Assembly (NCBI RefSeq): GCF_001457615.1
Contig: NZ_LN831024.1
Location: forward strand, 3,990,001-4,022,000
DNA from: Pseudomonas aeruginosa
Lineage (GTDB): Bacteria > Pseudomonadota > Gammaproteobacteria > Pseudomonadales > Pseudomonadaceae
Length of the DNA stretch: 32,000 nt
Reading direction: 5' to 3'
The position numbers and the translations under genes were made by a program. This document shows, one piece after another, positions 24,737-32,000 of this stretch (the first letter of the stretch is position 1; every line of letters begins with the position of its first letter). The notes under the pieces were generated by a model, which was given only the letters and a program-made list of their open reading frames with translations, was not told the origin of the DNA and searched no databases.

Positions 24737-24878
24737 GCGCCCTCGCCTCCCAGATAACAGCCGCGCTGCTTGTCCACTGTCACCGTATGCCCGAAGCCCA
24801 GGACGAACCTGTCGTGGAACGGAAGCCCGGCGAGCCAGGAGGTCGCGCCGGTCCGCAGCCTCTCGTCGCGCCCGCCCC

Positions 24879-25421
24879 TCACTCTCCCACCCGCCCCTCG
24901 ACCCTCCGCAAGCGCGCCATGCTGTACACGTCCACGAAGCGCCCATCCCGCACCGCGTATTCGCGCATCTCTCCTTCGGTCTCGAAGCCGAACTTGCGAT
25001 ACAGCGCCAGCGCCGGGGCGTTGTCGGTGTAGACGGTGAGTTCGACGCGGCGCAGGTTCATCCAGTTGTCGGCGATGTCCAGCAGTTCGCCGAGCAGGCG
25101 GCTGCCGACGCCCTTGCCCTGCCAGGCGACGGCGACACCCATGCCGATGCTGCCGCTGTGGCTGCGGCGGATGCGCGGGTGCTGTTCGAGGCTGGCGCTG
25201 CCGATGACGTCCCCCTGGTGCAAGGCGACGAGGATCAGCAGGCGGTCGTCGTCCACGCTGTCGTGCAGGCGCTTGCGGCGCTGCTCCACCGACTGGAAGG
25301 GCATCTGCAGGACCTGGCGGGCCACGGCGGGGTCGTTGTACAGGGCGGTGAGGCCTTCCACGTGGCGTTCGCTGTAGCGTTCGAGGCGGATCGTCGGCGA
25401 TTCGGCGGTCATTGCGGTCAT
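24879..25421 (-). CDS. GNAT-family N-acetyltransferase (180 aa)
   Basis: Motif A reads [19 protein letters not shown]. The length and beta-alpha pattern are typical of GNATs, and the protein ends ...[12 protein letters not shown]. Confidence 0.85.
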   Translation of the reverse strand: MTAMTAESPTIRLERYSERHVEGLTALYNDPAVARQVLQMPFQSVEQRRKRLHDSVDDDRLLILVALHQGDVIGSASLEQHPRIRRSHSGSIGMGVAVAWQGKGVGSRLLGELLDIADNWMNLRRVELTVYTDNAPALALYRKFGFETEGEMREYAVRDGRFVDVYSMARLRRVEGRVGE

Positions 25422-25547
25422 CCCTGGGCTGTCTGGCCACCCAGCATAAGCGTCTGCGCCGGGCTCGACCAGCCGGTCGGAGATCGCGCTTTCCCTGCCG
25501 CGCGGCTCTGGCTAAGCTCGACCTTCGAACAACGAAAGGACGCCAGC

Positions 25548-27281
25548 ATGGTCCAGAGCGCCCCAGCCAGCGAAATCGCCGCCCTCATCCTGCGCGGTTT
25601 CGACGATTACCGAGAGCAGTTCCGCGAGATCACCGACGGCGCCCGTGCCCGCTTCGAGCAGGCGCAGTGGCAGGAAGCGCAGCGCGCCTCGGCGCAGCGG
25701 ATCAACCTCTACGAGGAAAAGGTCGCCGAGACGGTGGCCGGGCTGCGCGCGGGGCTGGCCGACAGCGAGCTGCTGGACGTGGAGCGCTGGCCGATCATCA
25801 AGAGCGCCTACATCGCGCAGATCGACCTGCGGCTGGACGACGAGCTGGCCGAGACCTGGTTCAACTCGATCTTCTGCGGGCTGTTCAGCCACGACAACAT
25901 CAGCGACGGCACGATGTTCGTGCACACCACCCGGCCCTCGCTGCGCGTCCACGCCCGCGCGCCCTACACCCGCACCTACCGGCCAGGCGGCGACCTGCGC
26001 CAGGCGCTGGAGAAGATCTTCGACGACTACCGCTTCGACGTGCCCTACGACGACCGCGAGCGCGACCTCGAACGGATCGACGCACTGCTGCACAGCAACC
26101 TGCCGGACTGGGTGTGCAAGGACCCGGACCTGGCCATCGAGCTGATCGGCTCGGTGTTCTATCGCAACAAGGGCGCCTACCTGGTGGGCCGCCTGTTCAC
26201 CCCGGACGAGCAGTGGCCGCTGGTGTTCCCGCTGCTGCACCGCGAGGGCCACGGCATCCAGTTCGACACGGTGATCACCGACGAAGCGGAAGTCTCGATC
26301 ATCTTCTCCTTCACCCGCTCCTACTTCATGGTCGACGTGCCGGTGCCGGCCGAGCTGGTGGCCTTCCTCAAGCGCCTGCTGCCGGGCAAGCACCTGGCCG
26401 AGCTGTACACCTCGATCGGCTTCTACAAGCAGGGCAAGAGCGAGTTCTACCGCGCCCTGATCAACCACCTGGCGACCACCGACGACCGCTTCGTCATGGC
26501 CCCCGGGGTGCGCGGCATGGTGATGAGCGTGTTCACCCTGCCCGGCTTCAACACGGTGTTCAAGATCATCAAGGACCGCTTCAACCCGTCGAAGAGCGTC
26601 GACCACGCCACGGTGATCCAGAAGTACCAGTTGGTGAAGAACCACGACCGGGTCGGACGCCTGGCTGACACCCAGCAGTTCGCCGACTTCCGCTTCCCGG
26701 TGAGCAAGTTCGAGCCGGAGTGCCTGGCCGAACTGCTGGAAGTGGCGCCGTCGACGGTGGTGATGGAAGGCGACGTGGTGCTGATCCGCCACTGCTGGAC
26801 CGAGCGGCGCATGACCCCGCTGAACATCTACCTGGAGAACGCCAGCGAGGCACAGACCCGCGAGGCGCTGAACGACTACGGGCTGGCGATCAAGCAACTG
26901 GCGGCGGCGAACATCTTCCCCGGCGACATGCTGCTGAAGAACTTCGGCGTGACCCGCCATGGCCGGGTGGTGTTCTACGACTACGACGAGATCTGCTACC
27001 TCACCGAGGTGAACTTCCGCTACATCCCCGAGCCGCGCTTCCCCGAGGACGAGATGTCGTCCGAGCCCTGGTATTCGGTGGGGCCCAACGATGTGTTCCC
27101 GGAAGAATTCCCGCGCTTCCTGTTCGTCGACCTCAACCAGCGCCGGCTATTCGCCAAGCTGCACGGCAACCTCTACGACGCCAAATACTGGCAGGGCCTG
27201 CAGGAGCAGATCCGCGAGGGCAAGGTGATCGACGTGTTTCCCTATCGGCGGCAGGAGACGCCCGAGCAGTTGCTCGGGTAG
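25548..27281 (+). CDS. aceK: isocitrate dehydrogenase kinase/phosphatase
   Basis: I recognise the N-terminus [29 protein letters not shown] and the full-length 577-aa AceK architecture, ending ...[10 protein letters not shown]...[15 protein letters not shown]. The ORF-track start at 24555 is a spurious 5' extension through two minus-strand genes. Confidence 0.95.
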   Translation: MVQSAPASEIAALILRGFDDYREQFREITDGARARFEQAQWQEAQRASAQRINLYEEKVAETVAGLRAGLADSELLDVERWPIIKSAYIAQIDLRLDDELAETWFNSIFCGLFSHDNISDGTMFVHTTRPSLRVHARAPYTRTYRPGGDLRQALEKIFDDYRFDVPYDDRERDLERIDALLHSNLPDWVCKDPDLAIELIGSVFYRNKGAYLVGRLFTPDEQWPLVFPLLHREGHGIQFDTVITDEAEVSIIFSFTRSYFMVDVPVPAELVAFLKRLLPGKHLAELYTSIGFYKQGKSEFYRALINHLATTDDRFVMAPGVRGMVMSVFTLPGFNTVFKIIKDRFNPSKSVDHATVIQKYQLVKNHDRVGRLADTQQFADFRFPVSKFEPECLAELLEVAPSTVVMEGDVVLIRHCWTERRMTPLNIYLENASEAQTREALNDYGLAIKQLAAANIFPGDMLLKNFGVTRHGRVVFYDYDEICYLTEVNFRYIPEPRFPEDEMSSEPWYSVGPNDVFPEEFPRFLFVDLNQRRLFAKLHGNLYDAKYWQGLQEQIREGKVIDVFPYRRQETPEQLLG

Positions 27282-27315
27282 GTGCGGAGACAGGAATCGA
27301 CCCAGCCGCACGCCC

Positions 27316-28458
27316 CTAGACCAACTGCGCCCCCAGCGCCCGCACCACCCGCTGCAACCCCGCCTGTCCACCGGTGGCGACGCGCAGGCCGGTGATCTCG
27401 CGGCGCGGCGGGTAGTGTTTGCGCAGGGCGTCGAAGGCGGCGCGGCGGGTGGCGCTGTCGCCGGTCAGGCTGCGGCGGAAGGCGGCGTCGTCGCTGCGCG
27501 GGTCGTACACCGCGCGGCACAGCGTGGCCAGCGCCCAGGCGGGGTCGCAGCCGGGGTTGAGCTGCAGGCCGGCGAGCCAGGTTTCCGGCAGCACGTCTTG
27601 CAGGCTCACGCGTTCGGCGATGCCGCGCCAGGCGCAGTAGGCCTGGTAGATCTGCGCGGTGCCGCGCAGCTTGCCTTCCAGGCTGTAGCCGGCGATGTGC
27701 GGCGTGGCGATCAGGCAGCGCGCGGCCAGTTCGGGGTCGGCCTGCGGTTCGCCTTCCCAGACGTCCAGCGCCACTTCCAGGTCGGCGCCGCCTTCGAGCA
27801 GGCGGCGCAGGGCCTGGTTGTCGACCACCGCGCCACGGCTGGCGTTGACCAGCCAGGTACCGGGACGCAGGGCGGCCAGGCGGGGTTCATCCAGCAGGTG
27901 GCGGGTCGGGTGTTCGCCGTCGCGGTTCAGCGGAGTGTGCAGGCTGATCACGTCGGCCTCGGCCAGCAGCCGTTCCAGCGAGACGAATTCGCCGTCCGGC
28001 TCGCGCGCCTGGCGCGGCGGATCGCAGACCAGCACTTTCCAGCCCAGCCCGCGCAGCACCTCCACCAGCCGCCCGCCGACCTGCCCGGCGCCAACCACCC
28101 CATAGGTGCGTTCGGCCAGGTCGGCGCCGCGCACCTCGGCCATCGCCAGCAGGCAGCCGAGCACGTAGTCCACCACCCCGCGGGCGTTGCAGCCGGGCGC
28201 GCTGGACCAGGCGATGCCGGCCTCGGCGAAGTAGTCGAGGTCAAGGTGGTCGGTGCCGATGGTGCAGGTGCCGACGAAGCGCACCGGCGAGCCGGCCAGC
28301 GCCGCGCGGCTGACCTCGGTGACCGAGCGCACCAGCAGCACGTCGACCTCGGCCAGTGCCACGCGGTCGATGGCGCGCCCGGGCAAGCGGCGAATGGAGC
28401 CCTGGTCGGCGAAGAAGGCGTCGACCACGGGAATGTTTTCATCGGCGAGAATACGCAT
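27316..28458 (-). CDS. pdxB: erythronate-4-phosphate dehydrogenase
   Basis: The N-terminus is [16 protein letters not shown] and the NAD-binding motif is [13 protein letters not shown]. The protein is 380 aa with a PdxB-type C-terminal dimerisation region. The ORF-track start at 28788 is an extension. Confidence 0.9.
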   Translation of the reverse strand: MRILADENIPVVDAFFADQGSIRRLPGRAIDRVALAEVDVLLVRSVTEVSRAALAGSPVRFVGTCTIGTDHLDLDYFAEAGIAWSSAPGCNARGVVDYVLGCLLAMAEVRGADLAERTYGVVGAGQVGGRLVEVLRGLGWKVLVCDPPRQAREPDGEFVSLERLLAEADVISLHTPLNRDGEHPTRHLLDEPRLAALRPGTWLVNASRGAVVDNQALRRLLEGGADLEVALDVWEGEPQADPELAARCLIATPHIAGYSLEGKLRGTAQIYQAYCAWRGIAERVSLQDVLPETWLAGLQLNPGCDPAWALATLCRAVYDPRSDDAAFRRSLTGDSATRRAAFDALRKHYPPRREITGLRVATGGQAGLQRVVRALGAQLV

Positions 28459-28672
28459 GCAGACCTCCGCGAACGAGGCTGCACACTCTAGCAGGCTGGG
28501 GGCTCGCGGTGTTGCCGAACGGCTCGCGAGGCGGACCTGCCAGCGCCATGCGCAAGCCTCGACGATCGCGTTTTTCCCAACCACGACCGCGAACGATGGC
28601 CAGCTACAAGGAACAGAACCGCGAACGCCTCGTCCGCCTCCTCGACCAGGCGGCGTACGCCAGGGAGCCCGT

Positions 28673-29179
28673 TCATCGAGCCGGCAGCTCGCTCCGCTCC
28701 GGCATGGCCGCCAGGCGCTGGCGCATTTCCTCGCTGGCGGCAGGCCCGGCCTGCACGGTGCATTGCTCCAGCGGTACCGTTCGGCCATCGGCGAGAGCCG
28801 CCAGGAACGAGCGCACCGGCCGCCCGCTTGTTCGCTCGACGAGCTGCACGCTCTGCCCTTCCTCTGCGTAGTGGCGATTACCCCAGGCGACGAAAGCCAT
28901 GAGCACGAGGCGAAAATCCTCGCCCTTGGCCGTAGGCACGTACTGATAGCGCAGCGGACGCTGGCTGTAGGGCTGGCGTTCGAGCAGGCCCGCCTCCACC
29001 AGCGCGTTCAGGCGCCGGGTGAGCATGTTCGGCGCGATATCCAGGCTGCGGGAAAATTCGTCGAAGCGGCGCAGGCCCTGAAGCGCATCGCGCATGATCA
29101 GGATGCTCCACCATTCGCCGACCCGTTCCAGGCTGCGGGCGATGGGGCATTCGGCATCGGCGAAGGTCTTGCGTTGCAT
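28673..29179 (-). CDS. HxlR-family (MarR-like winged helix) transcriptional regulator
   Basis: The [32 protein letters not shown]...[19 protein letters not shown] signature is present. ATG at 29179. It is divergent from fabF2. Confidence 0.8.
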   Translation of the reverse strand: MQRKTFADAECPIARSLERVGEWWSILIMRDALQGLRRFDEFSRSLDIAPNMLTRRLNALVEAGLLERQPYSQRPLRYQYVPTAKGEDFRLVLMAFVAWGNRHYAEEGQSVQLVERTSGRPVRSFLAALADGRTVPLEQCTVQAGPAASEEMRQRLAAMPERSELPAR

Positions 29180-29287
29180 GGTTCTTCCTTGGCGAGGCTC
29201 ACAAAGTGCTGGTCCGCATGTTACTTTCATGATGATAGTTACGTCCACTGACTGCTATTCCAACGGAACAGAAGGACTCGGACCCTC

Positions 29288-30556
29288 ATGAGCAAACGTA
29301 TCGTCGTCACCGGCATGGGCGCGGTCAGCCCGCTGGGCTGCGGAGTCGAACCCATATGGCAACGCCTGCTGGCCGGGCAATCGGGCATCGCCAAGCTCCC
29401 GGCGGAGCTGATCGGCGACCTGCCCATCAGCATCGGCGGCCAGGTCCCCGACCGTGCCCGGGACCCGCAGGCCGGCTTCGATCCCGACCTGCTGCTGGCC
29501 GCCAAGGAACAACGCAAGATGGACCGCTTCATCCTCTTCGCCCTGGCCGCCGCGCAAGAGGCCCTGGCGCAGGCCGGCTGGGCGCCGCAGAGCGCCGAGG
29601 CGCAGGAGCGCACGGCGACCGTCATCGCCTCCGGGGTAGGCGGCTTCCATGCCATCGCCGAAGCGGTGCGGACCACCGACGGCAAGGGGCCGCGACGCCT
29701 GTCGCCCTTCACCATCCCGTCCTTTCTCTGCAACATGGCGGCCGCCCATGTATCGATCCGCCATGGCTTCAAGGGACCGCTGGGCGCCCCGGTGACCGCC
29801 TGCGCGGCGGGCGTGCAGGCCATCGGCGACGCGGCGCGGATGATCCGCGCGGGAGAGGTCGACGTGGCGCTCTGCGGCGGCGCGGAAGCGACCATCCACC
29901 GGGTCAGCCTGGCCGGCTTCGCCGCCGCGCGCGCCCTGTCCAGCGATTTCAACGACAGCCCCGAGCGCGCCTCGCGCCCCTTCGACCAGGCCCGCGACGG
30001 CTTCGTCATGGGCGAAGGCGCCGGCCTACTGGTCATCGAGGAACTGGAGCACGCCCTGGCGCGCGGCGCCAGGCCCATCGCCGAGCTGGTGGGCTACGGC
30101 ACCAGCGCCGACGCCTACCACATGACCGCCGGGCCGGAAGATGGCAGCGGCGCCCGCCGGGCCATGCAGCAGGCGCTGCGCCAGGCCGGCGTGGAAGCGG
30201 CCGCGGTGCAGCACCTGAATGCCCACGCCACCTCCACCCAGGTAGGCGACAAGGGCGAACTGGCCGCCATCAAGGCCGTGTTCGGCACCGGCAGCGGGCT
30301 CGCCATCAGCGCGACCAAATCCGCCACCGGCCACCTCCTGGGCGCCGCCGGCGGCATCGAGGCGATCTTCACGGTCCTGGCACTGCGCGACCAGCTCGCC
30401 CCCGCCACGCTCAACCTGGAAACGCCCGACACCGACGCCGAGGGCCTCGACCTGGTTCGCGGCGAAGCCCGGCGCTGGCCGATGGAACACGCGCTGTCCA
30501 ATGGCTTCGGCTTCGGCGGGGTGAATGCCAGCCTGTTGTTCCGGCGTTGGGTGTAG
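29288..30556 (+). CDS. fabF2: 3-oxoacyl-ACP synthase II (KAS II)
   Basis: The N-terminus is MSKRIVVTGMGAVSPLG. The active-site Cys context is VTACAAGVQAIG, and the His-His triad partners are in NAHATST and GHLLGAAG. The protein is 422 aa. Confidence 0.9.
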   Translation: MSKRIVVTGMGAVSPLGCGVEPIWQRLLAGQSGIAKLPAELIGDLPISIGGQVPDRARDPQAGFDPDLLLAAKEQRKMDRFILFALAAAQEALAQAGWAPQSAEAQERTATVIASGVGGFHAIAEAVRTTDGKGPRRLSPFTIPSFLCNMAAAHVSIRHGFKGPLGAPVTACAAGVQAIGDAARMIRAGEVDVALCGGAEATIHRVSLAGFAAARALSSDFNDSPERASRPFDQARDGFVMGEGAGLLVIEELEHALARGARPIAELVGYGTSADAYHMTAGPEDGSGARRAMQQALRQAGVEAAAVQHLNAHATSTQVGDKGELAAIKAVFGTGSGLAISATKSATGHLLGAAGGIEAIFTVLALRDQLAPATLNLETPDTDAEGLDLVRGEARRWPMEHALSNGFGFGGVNASLLFRRWV

Positions 30557-31276
30557 GGTGGGCGACCCCTCTGCCAGTCGTTCCTGAGCACGCTGGCGGA
30601 GGGGAAGCCACTCATGTCGCATTGCCCCAGAGCGTGTGGGTTTTCCTATGCTGTAACTGCGTCGTGATGGTCTAGGCGCGATCTGGATTCGTGGGGCAAT
30701 TGCTTGTGGAGTGGGCGTTCAATGACCGCTTTCGGCCAAGAGCGGACTTACCCTTTCGTTTAGATTGATCTGCCCAGCAGGGAGTCAGTAAGGAAATGGA
30801 ATGATCGAAGGCCGCTGAACTGATCTTGCTTACTCAATCATGATGGCCATCGCCCTTGGACTTTATGTCAGTGCAAGCGGTGTAGTGCAGCGTGCTCTCG
30901 TGGGGAGCGTGACGAGCCAGCGTTAGCTGTCCTCCACGAGAAGCGGCTAGGGCTCGGAAGCTGCCGTTCGACCAAAGAAGACGAACTACCTAACAGAGTT
31001 TGCACCATGAGTTGCCCTCGGCAATGATCGGCAGGCTCTCGGGTCGAATAGCCGACCCAGATGTTTACCAGACTTAAGAGAGACGATACGGTAAACTCTC
31101 ATGGGCGGGTGTAAGTCTGGTCTTTCCGTTAGTGCTGGCGGAACCCTTTCGGGCTCTATCGTGAGATGCTGTCATGCCTTTGGTAGCTGATTATTATCGC
31201 GCTAGCGCTGTGAAATTCTCACTTTTTGAATACTTATGTTCTGCCAAGAAAAAACATTAAAAAATGGAAGCGTCCA

Positions 31277-31750
31277 ATGATCTCGTTAAGACCTATGCGA
31301 GAAAGCGAATTCTCAGGTTATCTCGATTATTTTGTCCCTGCCTATGCATCTGAGATTTCATCCAGTCATAGGCTTTCGTACAGTGAATCTCTTGTGCAAG
31401 CCAAATTGGAAATAGCAGATGATTTACCTGACGGTATCAATACGGCTGGACAATTTTTGCTGTGCCTGTACGATCCGGCAGATGGCCCCGAAGAAGTCAT
31501 AGGATATCTGTGGTACGAAGAGGATCTGTCCCTGCACTTGGCATTTATAAATGATTTCCACATTCTTCCCGTCCACCAGGGAAAAGGTCTCGCCAAGCAG
31601 GCCTTGGAGTCTTTGGAGCGGGAGCTTAAACTTCGAGGATTTCAACAGATAAAATTACGAGTAGCTGGCGACAACGAACGAGCCAAACATGTTTATGAAG
31701 GCAGTGGCTTTTGTGTGACCGGTATCAATATGAGCAAGCCGCTCGTTTAG
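31277..31750 (+). CDS. GNAT-family acetyltransferase in a low-GC context (157 aa)
   Basis: Motif A reads ILPVHQGKGLAKQALESL. The protein ends ...ERAKHVYEGSGFCVTG. I prefer the ATG at 31277, preceded by GGAAG, over the TTG at 31226. Local GC is far below the genome norm. Confidence 0.7.
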   Translation: MISLRPMRESEFSGYLDYFVPAYASEISSSHRLSYSESLVQAKLEIADDLPDGINTAGQFLLCLYDPADGPEEVIGYLWYEEDLSLHLAFINDFHILPVHQGKGLAKQALESLERELKLRGFQQIKLRVAGDNERAKHVYEGSGFCVTGINMSKPLV

Positions 31751-32000
31751 TAGTGAGGTTGCTACCGTTCGCGTACTGGCGTTTGATTACAATGAGTTCG
31801 AGGTAATGATGCGAAATTGCCCATCAGAGTAAGCGCTATTGCCTGCACTTTGGCAAATATCTGAGTGTGCGCTGGAGCATACCACGCTTCGCTGCACTGC
31901 TCTGCGATAACTCTATGAGTCGCGGTAGGGTTTTGTAGACATGGATTTTTAGTTTTGGGTTGAACGTGTCCTTGGCTTGGCTTCACAAAACTCCTTGTGG

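Noticed and set aside
24555-27281. ORF-track 5' extensions: aceK from 24555, pdxB to 28788, secretin to 21738, GT4 to 16229, kinase from 1447, 601-aa protein to 18895, and the GT8-sulfotransferase to 13436.
   Set aside because: The extensions run through neighbouring genes or lack coding bias. Internal starts give canonical N-termini, signal peptides, Shine-Dalgarno sequences or ATGA/GTGA coupling with the upstream stop.
1-32000. CRISPR arrays, rRNA/tRNA genes, IS elements and REP-like repeat families.
   Set aside because: I saw no periodic repeat-spacer structure, no tRNA-like cloverleaf candidates (the T-loop-like ggtcgaata at about 31.04 kb lacks the remaining arms), no terminal inverted repeats and no transposase-like ORFs.

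Overview
High-GC, Pseudomonas aeruginosa-like chromosomal segment. From memory, gene content and order match the reverse complement of the PAO1 block PA1399 to PA1373; this needs BLAST confirmation. The flanks are ordinary core genes. On the left are a LysR fragment, a lipoprotein, a LuxR-type response regulator divergent from a hybrid sensor kinase, and two small genes. On the right are an AraC/SDR divergent pair, a small hypothetical, a GNAT, aceK, pdxB, an HxlR-type regulator and fabF2, followed by an ORF-poor lower-GC stretch with a second GNAT. The centre (about 4.0-22.4 kb) is a visibly lower-GC block with atypical codon usage and no mobility genes. In it, cysC (APS kinase, + strand) faces a long minus-strand array. 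That array encodes a GspC/PilP-like anchor protein, a lipoprotein secretin, a 601-aa signal-peptide protein followed by a strong hairpin, GalE, a GT4, and a Wzt-type ABC ATPase with a C-terminal carbohydrate-binding-like domain. It continues with a GT8-like/sulfotransferase fusion, a small GT2-like protein, GT4, GT2, GT4, and a sulfotransferase with a long coiled-coil tail. I read this block as one uncharacterised system: PAPS-dependent sulfated-glycan assembly coupled to a private secretin module and a large secreted or surface protein. The locus lacks a Wzm permease, an initiating phosphoglycosyltransferase, a ligase or polymerase, and an OPX-type exporter. Two adjacent glycosyltransferase genes each carry a -1 frameshift in a C4/G4 homopolymer, which is either real decay or a sequencing artefact. 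I found no rRNA, tRNA, CRISPR array, IS element or integrase.
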